A stretch of DNA of 32,000 bases from Acutalibacteraceae bacterium (GTDB taxonomy: Bacteria; Bacillota; Clostridia; Oscillospirales; Acutalibacteraceae): NCBI GenBank assembly GCA_045643805.1, contig JAZRFT010000034.1, positions 12,222 through 44,221 of the forward strand, written 5' to 3'. A program made the translations under genes and the position numbers. Under the pieces are notes generated by a model. The model was not told the origin of the DNA. It saw only the letters and a program-made list of their open reading frames with translations, and made no database searches. Numbering within the stretch: position 1 is the first letter of the stretch; each line of letters begins with the position of its first letter. This document shows, in pieces, positions 8,954 through 18,955 of the stretch.

Positions 8954-10249
8954 ATGAGCACAAATGATAAAAAATCAGGCGGCTGGCGCACTAATAAATG
9001 GATCCGCGCCGCAATTCCCGCACTTCTGCTTCATTGCAGTATCGGTACAGTTTATTGCTGGTCAACCTTCAGTGAAAAAATCGGTGACCACATCGGTTTT
9101 GCAAAGGGTAGCGTAGAATGGGCCTTCAGCTTTGCAATTTTCTTCCTCGGTATGTCAGCAGCTTTCCTTGGCAACATCGTTGAAAAGGATATTCACAAGT
9201 CATCACTTATTGCTACACTCTGCTTCTCATTCGGTATGGCAGGCTCAGGCTTCTTTATCTGGTACGGCGGTAACAATCCCGGAAGCATCATTGCTCTTAT
9301 CGGTATTTATCTTTGCTACGGCCTTATTATGGGTATCGGTCTTGGTACCGGTTATCTTTCACCTGTAAAAACACTTATGCTTTGGTTTAAGGATAACAAG
9401 GGTCTTGCTACCGGCCTTGCAGTTGCAGGCTTCGGTGCAGCAAAGGCTATTGCTACACCTATTATGGAGTGGATGCTTGAAAACCTTGGTGACGGCGCTA
9501 TTTATAAGATGTTCTTCATTCTTGCAGCTGTTTACTTTGTACTTATGTTTATTGGCCATCTTCTTCTCAAAAAGCCCGGTGACTGGCACGAGCCCACAAA
9601 TGCTTCCGAGAAAAAGAGCATAATGTCAGTTATCAAGACAAGACCTGTACTCAACTATGTTGGTATCTGGATGATGTTCTACCTTAACATCACCTGCGGT
9701 CTTATGCTTATTTCCCAGGAAAAGTACATTCTTAAGTGTCTTGGACTTTCGGTTGTTGTTTTCCCTGTTATTTCAGCTGTATTCAATGCAGGTGGACGTC
9801 TCGGCTTCTCCGCGGCAGGTGACAAGTGTAAGGACAGAAACACTATTTACAAGGTTATTTTCGGCCTTTCAATTATCTGTACAGCAGCAGTTATCCTTAC
9901 AAAGGGTATTGTGAACGGCAACGGTAATATGCTCCTTACAGCACTTGTTGTTGTACTTATTATGGTTGTAAACGCAGGCTACGGCGGTGGCTTCTCCAAT
10001 GTTCCCACGCTTCTTTCCGACCATTACGGTATGTCAAATATTTCCGCAATTCACGGCATCACTCTTTCAGCCTGGGGGTTTGCAGGTCTTACAGGTAACA
10101 ACCTTGCAAACCTTATTGTTGAAAAGTTTGGTGCAACAAATGTCGCTGAAGGCTATCAGGCAGTTCTTTATGTAACTGTTGCACTTTATATCGTTTCACT
10201 TGTTCTCAGCTTTGTATTCGTAAGACCTATGAAGGGCGAGGCTAAATAA
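8954..10249 (+). CDS. MFS transporter, oxalate/formate antiporter (OFA)-like family
   Basis: Start moved to ATG 8954 (MSTNDKKSGGW...), behind GAAAGGA (8939-8945). It has about 12 hydrophobic segments. The N-terminal WRTNKWIRAAIPALLLHCSIGTVYCWS region resembles OFA/L-lactate-type MFS permeases. Confidence 0.75.
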   Translation: MSTNDKKSGGWRTNKWIRAAIPALLLHCSIGTVYCWSTFSEKIGDHIGFAKGSVEWAFSFAIFFLGMSAAFLGNIVEKDIHKSSLIATLCFSFGMAGSGFFIWYGGNNPGSIIALIGIYLCYGLIMGIGLGTGYLSPVKTLMLWFKDNKGLATGLAVAGFGAAKAIATPIMEWMLENLGDGAIYKMFFILAAVYFVLMFIGHLLLKKPGDWHEPTNASEKKSIMSVIKTRPVLNYVGIWMMFYLNITCGLMLISQEKYILKCLGLSVVVFPVISAVFNAGGRLGFSAAGDKCKDRNTIYKVIFGLSIICTAAVILTKGIVNGNGNMLLTALVVVLIMVVNAGYGGGFSNVPTLLSDHYGMSNISAIHGITLSAWGFAGLTGNNLANLIVEKFGATNVAEGYQAVLYVTVALYIVSLVLSFVFVRPMKGEAK

Positions 10250-10266
10250 TTTATAGCTACATAAAA

Positions 10267-10295
10267 AAAACGCAGGTTTAATTAACCTGCGTTTT
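10267..10295. terminator. Bidirectional terminator (MFS gene on +, P-loop NTPase gene on -)
   Basis: aaaacgcaggtt (10267-10278) pairs with aacctgcgtttt (10284-10295) around a 5-nt loop. A-run and T-run flanks serve both strands. The stop codon of the minus-strand gene (10278-10280) lies inside the hairpin. Confidence 0.8.
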
Positions 10296-10781
10296 AATTT
10301 TTTCTATATACTCATCTGCTTGCTCTCGGGACTTGAATATAATTATCTGTTTATCTTTTTTATACTTGTCAAGCAAATCATATATGCGCGGCAGGGTATC
10401 TTTCGGAAAATCTTCAATGAAGGACTTGAATTCGGGGTCCAACTCTGTTTCAAGCCAGGGTAAATCATAACGTTCCTTGCCGATTCTCTCTGTCACTCCT
10501 TGCAGGCACATCTCTGTAGGTAAATCAAAAAGAAAAACAGTATCACATTGCTTCAACCGTAACTCGATTGTTCTTTTATAATTGCCGTCAATTATCCATT
10601 CTGAAGTTGCAAATATTTCTTTAACTCTTTCGTCAAATTCCTCTCTCGGAATATGTGTTTTGTCGGGCTTGTGCCATATAGCGTCAAGGTAATATAACGG
10701 CAACCCCGTACACCTGCTGAGCTTTTCCGCAAAGGTTGTTTTACCTGAGCCGGGACAGCCTATAACTATTGCTTTATTCAT
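10278..10781 (-). CDS. Small P-loop NTPase (adenylate-kinase-fold, 'topology modulation protein'-like)
   Basis: 167 aa with an N-terminal Walker A motif, IVIGCPGSGKTT. Its size and layout match COG0563/FlaR-like proteins. RBS AGAGGTAG lies upstream of ATG 10781. Confidence 0.7.
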   Translation of the reverse strand: MNKAIVIGCPGSGKTTFAEKLSRCTGLPLYYLDAIWHKPDKTHIPREEFDERVKEIFATSEWIIDGNYKRTIELRLKQCDTVFLFDLPTEMCLQGVTERIGKERYDLPWLETELDPEFKSFIEDFPKDTLPRIYDLLDKYKKDKQIIIFKSREQADEYIEKIKTQVN

Positions 10782-10796
10782 TTTTCTACCTCTGTT

Positions 10797-10834
10797 TAAA
10801 AATGCGTTTCTGACTATTGAAATCAGAAACGCAT
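10797..10834 (-). terminator. Rho-independent terminator of pyk
   Basis: On the minus strand: atgcgtttctga (10834-10823) pairs with tcagaaacgcat (10813-10802) around a 9-nt loop. It is followed by TTTTAAAC. Confidence 0.75.
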
Positions 10835-10845
10835 AATATTATTCC

Positions 10846-12258
10846 TTAAATATTTTCAATCTTAATAAGATTTGTGCTTCCTGACTGTCCCATTGTAACG
10901 CCACCGGTGATAATAATTGTGTCACCTGTTTCGAGGTTGAGTGCAGTCTGTGTGAGCTTTTTTGCGGTGTAGAACAGAACATCAGTTGAGGGGAGTTCTT
11001 CACACATAACGGGTTTGACTCCCCAGGAAAGTGCAAGCTTACGCCATGTTCTTTCGTTTGTGGTGAGACCAACGATATCAACGGGGGAGCGGAAGCGTGA
11101 AACCATTCGTACCGTTTTACCTGAAAGTGAACAAACGGTAATTGCCTTTGCATTTACGTCAATTGACATACCGCAAGTAGCGTGAGAAATAGCGTCGATA
11201 GTGTTTTTGATGACAAAATCGGTTTCTCTGAAGCGCTTGACAAAATTCATATTCTTTTCTGTCTGATAGGCAATTCGTGACATAGTTTCAACCGCAAGAA
11301 CGGGATGCTTACCAACAGCGGTTTCACCTGAAAGCATAATTGCACTTGTACCGTCATAAACAGCATTTGCAACGTCGGATATTTCTGCTCTGGTCGGACG
11401 GGGATTGGTAATCATTGATTCAAGCATTTCAGTTGCAGTGATAACGCGTCTTCCAAAAAGACGGCATTTTGTGATAAGATGCTTCTGAATTGCAGGAAGC
11501 TCCTCGAATGGGATTTCAACACCCATATCACCACGACCAATCATAACGCCTTCGCATTGGTCGAGAATTTCGTCAATATTGTCAATGCCTGTCTGATTTT
11601 CAATTTTTGCAAGCAGGTCGATGCCTGAAATGTTATTTTCTTTAAGGAAGTTTTTTACATCAATAAGATCCTGGGCGCAGGAAACAAAGGAGCAGGCGAT
11701 AAAATCAACACCGTGCTCTGCGCCGAAGAGAATATCGCTTTTATCCTGTTCACTTAAATATACCTGCTTAAGCACCTTGCCGGGGAAGCTCATTGACTTT
11801 CTGTTGGAAAGCTTGCCACCGTCAATTACGGTACATCTTGCCTCAGTTTCTGTGATTTCATCAACCTTGAATTTCATAAGACCGTTATTAAGAAGAATGA
11901 TATCACCGACATCAAGGTCCTTCATCATACCCTTATAGCTTACGGAAACGCGCTCCTGATTGCCGATGATTTCTTCAGTGGTAAAGGTAAAGCGGTCACC
12001 GGGATTAAGGTTGATTGAGCCGTTTTTGAATGTTTTTATTCTGTATTCGGGCCCTTTGGTGTCAAGCAAAATTGCAATAGGTAATCCGAGCTCATAACGT
12101 ACTGTTTTTATCATTGTTATTTTTTCAAGATGCTCTTCATACGTACCGTGTGAAAAATTGAGACGGGCGACATTGAGCCCTGCAAGACACATATTTTTAA
12201 AAACCTCTGCATCACAGCAGGAAGGTCCGATTGTTGCAACTATTTTAGTTTTTCTCAT
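10846..12258 (-). CDS. pyk: Pyruvate kinase
   Basis: Start moved to ATG 12258 (MRKTKIVATIGPS...), the canonical pyruvate kinase N-terminus; the track's 20-aa extension contains the predicted -10. Conserved blocks are present: NFSHG, MIGRGDMGVEIP and TATEMLESM. At 470 aa it lacks a C-terminal PEP-utilizer extension. Confidence 0.93.
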   Translation of the reverse strand: MRKTKIVATIGPSCCDAEVFKNMCLAGLNVARLNFSHGTYEEHLEKITMIKTVRYELGLPIAILLDTKGPEYRIKTFKNGSINLNPGDRFTFTTEEIIGNQERVSVSYKGMMKDLDVGDIILLNNGLMKFKVDEITETEARCTVIDGGKLSNRKSMSFPGKVLKQVYLSEQDKSDILFGAEHGVDFIACSFVSCAQDLIDVKNFLKENNISGIDLLAKIENQTGIDNIDEILDQCEGVMIGRGDMGVEIPFEELPAIQKHLITKCRLFGRRVITATEMLESMITNPRPTRAEISDVANAVYDGTSAIMLSGETAVGKHPVLAVETMSRIAYQTEKNMNFVKRFRETDFVIKNTIDAISHATCGMSIDVNAKAITVCSLSGKTVRMVSRFRSPVDIVGLTTNERTWRKLALSWGVKPVMCEELPSTDVLFYTAKKLTQTALNLETGDTIIITGGVTMGQSGSTNLIKIENI

Positions 12259-12295
12259 TGGGGATACCTGATATAACCTTTCAAAAATTTCATCT

Positions 12296-12304
12296 ATTAT
12301 ATCA
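12296..12304 (-). promoter_or_regulatory. Extended -10 element (TGaTATAAT) upstream of pyk
   Basis: The minus strand reads TGATATAAT. There is no good -35 at 17 bp; the nearest TTGAAA is about 22 bp away. Confidence 0.35.
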
Positions 12305-12377
12305 TATATTATTGGCATTTGTTTTTCAAGATAAAGACAGTAAATGACATAAATATTTCATAAATTTGCAACTGCTA

Positions 12378-12406
12378 TTGTGTTTTTGTTTTTGCGGTGA
12401 TATAAT
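12378..12406 (+). promoter_or_regulatory. SigA-type promoter with extended -10 for the GH43-like gene
   Basis: -35 TTGTGT (12378-12383), 17-bp spacer, TGa TATAAT (12398-12406). Confidence 0.5.
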
Positions 12407-12434
12407 TTTATAAATTGAAAAAAGGAGAATAGCT

Positions 12435-13364
12435 ATGCCTTATTTATTTACACATTTCAAGGAGAAGCTTACAATTGACGGTGAGCAGGTTTACTTTGCT
12501 TTAAGCAAGGACGGTCTTAACTGGGAACAGGTAAACGGCGGTGAGCCGATACTTACAAGTAAAATGAGCTCGGGCGGCTGCCGTGATATTGAAATTGTCC
12601 GCCTTAAGGATAACAGTTTTGTTATTCTTACAACGGATGAGTGTATTGTAAACCGCTTTGATGAAAATTATAATGTTGACTGGAAAAACGTAAACCGTAC
12701 AGGTAGCAAGGGCTTGTGCATGTGGAAAAGTAAGGATTTAATCAACTTTTCCGAGCAGAGGATTATTCCCATAGGCAGAGAAGATTTCGGCTGTCTGTGG
12801 GCACCCGAAATTATTTATGATGATGTAAACGATGAATATATGATACATTGGGGCTCAACTGTAAAGCAGGACGATTACAGTCACATGTCAATTTACTACA
12901 GTACCACGAAGGATTTTGAAACCTTTACACGACCTAAACTGTTCTTTACAAAAAGCAACGAAATCCTTGATACACATATAAGAAAAATTGACGGCAAATA
13001 TCATATGTTTTATAAGAATGCTCACGATCCCGGGATGAATATGCACGCCGTTTCTGAGGATTTATACGGCCCATACATACATGATGAGGCATTCGAGCAG
13101 TATATGAACACTATTGAAAAGTGTAACTGCTACGAGGCACCCACTACGATGATTCTGCCTGATGGCAGATGGTGCCTTATGATTGACTTTTTCGGTTGTG
13201 CAAAGCCTGAAATGGGCTATGTACCTTTTGTAAGTGACAAGCCGGGGGACAGCAATTTTAAAAGAAGTGACGAGGCTTTTTCATTTCCGTATGGCTTTAA
13301 GCACGGCGGTATACTTGAGATAACCGACGAGGAGTATGAGAGGGTAAAGAATCATTACAAATAA
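12435..13364 (+). CDS. Glycoside hydrolase family 43-like protein (cytoplasmic, five-bladed propeller type)
   Basis: 309 aa with no signal peptide. GH43-like catalytic landmarks are present: GGCRDIEIV (general-base Asp region), LWAPEIIY and CYEAPTTM (acid Glu region). RBS AAAGGAGAA is at 12421-12429. Confidence 0.65.
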   Translation: MPYLFTHFKEKLTIDGEQVYFALSKDGLNWEQVNGGEPILTSKMSSGGCRDIEIVRLKDNSFVILTTDECIVNRFDENYNVDWKNVNRTGSKGLCMWKSKDLINFSEQRIIPIGREDFGCLWAPEIIYDDVNDEYMIHWGSTVKQDDYSHMSIYYSTTKDFETFTRPKLFFTKSNEILDTHIRKIDGKYHMFYKNAHDPGMNMHAVSEDLYGPYIHDEAFEQYMNTIEKCNCYEAPTTMILPDGRWCLMIDFFGCAKPEMGYVPFVSDKPGDSNFKRSDEAFSFPYGFKHGGILEITDEEYERVKNHYK

Positions 13365-13369
13365 AATAT

Positions 13370-13412
13370 AGGACTGTTCCTACTGTAATAGCAATAGGAA
13401 CAGTCCTTTTTT
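13370..13412. terminator. Strong terminator hairpin (GH43-like gene on +; probably also ends the minus-strand DUF1292 transcript)
   Basis: A 13-bp perfect stem, aggactgttccta (13370-13382) with taggaacagtcct (13395-13407), around a 12-nt loop. T6 follows on the + strand and tatatttt follows on the - strand. Confidence 0.85.
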
Positions 13413-13427
13413 ATTAAAATTAATAAT

Positions 13428-13605
13428 CCCGCCATGCCGTTCGTGATGTGTATAACCTGCCTCAATAGCAGGGTGGTGATAGCGAGACGGGTTCGCGCTC
13501 CCTTCGTCCGCAAAAGCGGGAGGTCTGCAATCCGCCGTCAAAGCATCTCTCCGTTTTATAACGTGTTGGGTTATAACGATCACAGTTATCGCACACAGCA
13601 GGAGT
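13428..13605. ncRNA. Unclassified GC-rich structured element (candidate ncRNA or structured 3' UTR; strand unresolved)
   Basis: It lies between two convergent stop codons. My hand count over 13431-13550 gives 69/120 G+C, against AT-rich flanks. Nested complementarity is seen at three levels: 13443-13457 with 13569-13583 (12 of 15), GACGG 13486-13490 with CCGTC 13535-13539, and the hairpin TCCGC-AAAA-GCGGG at 13507-13520. The only ORFs here are short and overlapping with odd composition. Confidence 0.4.
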
Positions 13606-13612
13606 TATTTAA

Positions 13613-13921
13613 TTATTCATTTTCTTCGTTAGCCTCAGCCTCATATTTTTCAATGAGTCTGTCCTCGAAAATGTTGCCGATTTCGTTGAATTCCTTTTCG
13701 TCCTCAATCTGAGCAAGGTAGGTTTCACCGTTTTCCTCGGTAACCTTCAAGATGAAAACATCGCCGTCATCGTCAAGGATTTCCGTTGCATCGTCATAGA
13801 CAGGGAGAAGTGCAACATATCTGTTGCCGTCCTCGGTTTCAATTCTGTCAATTTCTTCAAAAATATGCTCCACGCCGTCATCATCAACAACGGAAACAAT
13901 ATCACCCATAAATTCGTCCAT
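13613..13921 (-). CDS. DUF1292 (YrzB/UPF0473-like) small acidic protein
   Basis: 102 aa and very acidic. The pattern IVSVVDDDGVEHIFEEIDRIETEDGNRYVALLPV is typical of DUF1292. The start could instead be the internal ATG at 13909, since the SD is weak. Confidence 0.8.
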   Translation of the reverse strand: MDEFMGDIVSVVDDDGVEHIFEEIDRIETEDGNRYVALLPVYDDATEILDDDGDVFILKVTEENGETYLAQIEDEKEFNEIGNIFEDRLIEKYEAEANEENE

Positions 13922-13973
13922 TTTAAAATCTGTAAGAGCAAAAGCTCTTTTCCTTTCGTTTTATTATATACAT

Positions 13974-14002
13974 ATTTTAATATTTTATACCGCTTATGTC
14001 AA
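13974..14002 (-). promoter_or_regulatory. SigA-type promoter for the DUF1292 gene
   Basis: On the minus strand: TTGACA (14002-13997), 17-bp spacer, TAAAAT (13979-13974). Confidence 0.55.
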
Positions 14003-14066
14003 TAACTATGAGCAAATATTAAATGTAAAAAATCAGCAAAAAACAGTAGCATAATAGGATAAACTG

Positions 14067-14075
14067 TGTTATAAT
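14067..14075 (+). promoter_or_regulatory. Extended -10 element (TGtTATAAT) upstream of the kinase-like/V-ATPase operon
   Basis: TGTTATAAT lies at 14067-14075. The -35 position reads TAGCAT (14047-14052), a weak match. Confidence 0.4.
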
Positions 14076-14157
14076 AAAATAGATTTATTGTATTGTTATT
14101 TCTTAATGTTTAATAAATAACCTTTTGTTGCAGAATAATAAAGGATGTGAAAATCAA

Positions 14158-15525
14158 ATGTCTAATTCTCTTAATCCCGTTTTCGGACAGTGGTACGTTG
14201 ACAGACAGCTCGGAAACGGTACTGACGGTAAGGTTTTTACCATTTATAAGGAAAAATATGACGGCACGAGAGAAACCTCCGTTATGAAGATTCTCCGCTT
14301 AGGTGAAAACCGTAATGAAAGAAAAACCTTTAATCTCGACGGAGCCCAGGAGGAAGAAATCCAGGAGGGCTTCGATAAGATAATTGCAAAAATTATCAAG
14401 AATATTGAAACCGTAAAAAAAGCTGACAACGGCAAGTTTTTCATAAAATATGAGGATCTCGAGCTTCGTAACGCAAGTGACGGAAAAGGCAGACTTATCC
14501 TCATTAAGCTTGAAGAGGGTAAAAGCCTTGCAGAGGTGCTTAAGGGCTTTTCGTTTACTCTTGAGGAAACCTACAGACTTGGTATCAACATCTGTCAGGC
14601 CTTGCAGAAGTGCCGTTCCTTCGGTTATATTTATCCAAATCTTAAGCCTGAAAATATAATTTTCGACAGAGAAGGCAGATGTAAAATCGGTGATTTCGGC
14701 TCCTTCAGCTGTCTCGAGCCTGCAAAGACCTCAATTTCATATAAGAGAACACAGTACTATATGGCTCCCGAGTTCATAAAAACAGGCAACATCAACTGCA
14801 CCTGTGACACATATTCACTCGGTCTTATCCTTTATATGCTCACTAACCGCAGCAGATTGCCCTTTACAGAGCCTTATCCCGAAAACGTTACAATCAATTC
14901 ACTTAACGAATCAACAATAAGAAGGCAGAAGGGCGAGGAGCTTCCGAAACCTGCCCTCGCAAGTGAATCACTTTGGAGAATTATTAAAAAAGCTTGCGCA
15001 TTCAAGCCCAACGACAGATACTTCACTCCTGAACAGATGCTTTCCGACCTTAAGAATGCACTTAACAACCAGCCTTTCGAGGAAGCAAAATTCGATGATG
15101 TCTATTCAACAAGTCAGCCTGAAGGTGAAGATGATGAATCTGTAGTAATTCCCGATGTTGAAAAGGATGCCGCAATCGAAGAAAAGGAAATCGACGTAAT
15201 TTCAATCAAGGAAGAAATTGTTATTCCCGAGTTACCGAAATTTGATTATAAGCCTAACGCAGCAAGAAGCATCACTGCCAACGATAAAAAGTTTGAAAAG
15301 CTTGTTGACACCAAGCCGAAGGCAAGGTTTGACTTCCGCGGAGTTAAAAAAGTGCTTATGTCAGCCTTTATTGCTGTTTGCCTTGTAATATTGTTTATTA
15401 TTTCTGCGGCGCTGAATGTTTCGGCAGTATTTGAAACTGATTTTACTTATAACTACTACGGTGAACAAGATAATTTTGAAAGTTTGTATTTTAACAGTGA
15501 AGGGGCATTGCTTTATGGCAGCTGA
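14158..15525 (+). CDS. Membrane-anchored Hanks-type Ser/Thr kinase homologue with a degenerate catalytic loop (predicted pseudokinase)
   Basis: Start moved to ATG 14158 (MSNSLNP...), behind AAAGGATG. Kinase motifs present are LGNGTDGKV, SVMKI, LKPEN, KIGDFGS, YYMAPEF and DTYSLG. The HRD position reads YPN (14632-14640). The C-terminal part has an acidic linker, one TM helix (LMSAFIAVCLVILFIISAAL) and a short tail. Confidence 0.8.
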   Translation: MSNSLNPVFGQWYVDRQLGNGTDGKVFTIYKEKYDGTRETSVMKILRLGENRNERKTFNLDGAQEEEIQEGFDKIIAKIIKNIETVKKADNGKFFIKYEDLELRNASDGKGRLILIKLEEGKSLAEVLKGFSFTLEETYRLGINICQALQKCRSFGYIYPNLKPENIIFDREGRCKIGDFGSFSCLEPAKTSISYKRTQYYMAPEFIKTGNINCTCDTYSLGLILYMLTNRSRLPFTEPYPENVTINSLNESTIRRQKGEELPKPALASESLWRIIKKACAFKPNDRYFTPEQMLSDLKNALNNQPFEEAKFDDVYSTSQPEGEDDESVVIPDVEKDAAIEEKEIDVISIKEEIVIPELPKFDYKPNAARSITANDKKFEKLVDTKPKARFDFRGVKKVLMSAFIAVCLVILFIISAALNVSAVFETDFTYNYYGEQDNFESLYFNSEGALLYGS

Positions 15526-15826
15526 TATGATTAAAGAAATCCTCAAAACTGAGGCTCAGGGCAAGGAGGCCGAGAAAAAGGCTGAAAAGGTTGCCGAAAA
15601 AATCGTTCAGAACGCTAAAATTCAGGCAGACATTATCATAAAAACCGCTGTTGAACAGGCACAGAATCAGGCTAACATCATTTTAAGTGATGCCGAATAT
15701 TCATCAAGCGGTGTAATTAAGCAGGCTACAAAGCTTGCTTCAATGAGAGAAAAGAAATCTATTACAGATACTGAAAAGCAGTATAATGAAGCCATAAAGG
15801 CTGTTTTTGACGAAATACTTAAATAA
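15515..15826 (+). CDS. ntpF: V-type ATPase peripheral-stalk subunit G/H-like (E. hirae NtpF position)
   Basis: Start placed at ATG 15515 (MAADMIKEIL...), 9 nt after GAAGGGG (15499-15505) and overlapping the kinase-like stop codon. ATG 15527 is an alternative start. The protein is about 100 aa and is a Lys/Glu/Ala-rich coiled coil. It is the first gene of the ntp cluster. Confidence 0.65.
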   Translation: MAADMIKEILKTEAQGKEAEKKAEKVAEKIVQNAKIQADIIIKTAVEQAQNQANIILSDAEYSSSGVIKQATKLASMREKKSITDTEKQYNEAIKAVFDEILK

Positions 15827-15862
15827 AGTTTCACAATAATTTAGTACAAAGGAGGTGTCCGT

Positions 15863-18318
<2,456 letters not shown>

Positions 18319-18353
18319 TAAATGTCAACAATAAATTTAAAGGAGTTGAAGCA

Positions 18354-18944
18354 ATGACCGGACTTGAGAAAATTCAGGAAAAAATTCTGGCTCAGTCAAA
18401 AATTGTATGCGACGAAATCATTGCATCGGCTAATGAAGAAGCTAAAAATATTCTCATAAATGCCAGACAGAAGGCGTCAGAGCTTACGGACGAAATCATC
18501 AGAAATGCCGAGTCTGCCGCCGACAGAAAAAACATACTTGCTAAAAGCGGTGCCGAGGCCTTGACCCGAAACCGCTATCTTGAAGTAAGAAATGCAATTA
18601 TAAATGACATTATCTCTGCCGCATACGAAGAAATTGAAAAATTCGATGATGAAGAATATTTTGATATGCTTCATAAGCTTTGCATTAAGAATGTTACCCC
18701 CGGTGAATATGTTATGCAGCTTAACAGTATTGACCTTGCACGTCTTCCTGAAAATTTCGAAGACAGCATCAACTCTGTTATTTACGAAAAAGCTGTTGTA
18801 TACATCAAAAAGGAAGCGGCAGACATTGAAAACGGATTTATTTTAAGCGGTGACGGAGTAGAAATAAACTGCACCTTTAAAGCCTTGTTTGATGAGAATA
18901 TGGACAACCTTAAGGATATGCTCAACAGCTTCCTGTTCAATTAA
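18354..18944 (+). CDS. ntpE: V-type ATPase subunit E
   Basis: 196 aa with an N-terminal long charged helix (LEKIQEKILAQSK...EEAKNILINARQKA) and a globular C-terminus. The call also rests on operon position. RBS AAAGGAG is upstream. Confidence 0.85.
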   Translation: MTGLEKIQEKILAQSKIVCDEIIASANEEAKNILINARQKASELTDEIIRNAESAADRKNILAKSGAEALTRNRYLEVRNAIINDIISAAYEEIEKFDDEEYFDMLHKLCIKNVTPGEYVMQLNSIDLARLPENFEDSINSVIYEKAVVYIKKEAADIENGFILSGDGVEINCTFKALFDENMDNLKDMLNSFLFN

Positions 18945-18955
18945 GGTGGTTATTT

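Noticed and set aside
10839-11153. A 104-aa same-strand ORF overlapping the 3' end of pyk
   Set aside because: It is an alternative frame within a well-conserved pyk coding region, with no SD and no motifs.
12259-12318. A 20-aa N-terminal extension of pyruvate kinase (track start 12318)
   Set aside because: The extension contains the TGaTATAAT -10 element, and the canonical pyruvate kinase N-terminus MRKTKIV begins at 12258.
13413-13612. Assigning the GC-rich element to SRP RNA, RNase P RNA, tmRNA, 6S RNA or a common riboswitch class
   Set aside because: CUGCAAUCCGCC faintly recalls the SRP Alu-domain motif, but the obligatory domain-IV sequence (GGAAG...AGCAGC context) is absent on both strands. 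No RNase P GAGGAAAGUCC box and no tmRNA ends were seen. No TPP, FMN, SAM, cobalamin, glycine or lysine core motifs were seen either. A 10-nt resemblance to the c-di-AMP (ydaO) riboswitch 3' region on the minus strand rests on my memory only, and no regulated gene follows it. A rod-like 6S fold is possible but cannot be shown by eye.
13380-13712. Track ORFs 13380..13583 (-) and 13434..13712 (+) inside the GC-rich intergenic element
   Set aside because: Neither has a ribosome-binding site. One runs antisense into the DUF1292 gene and the other runs into the terminator hairpin. Their Arg/Pro/His-rich translations look like translated structured RNA rather than protein.
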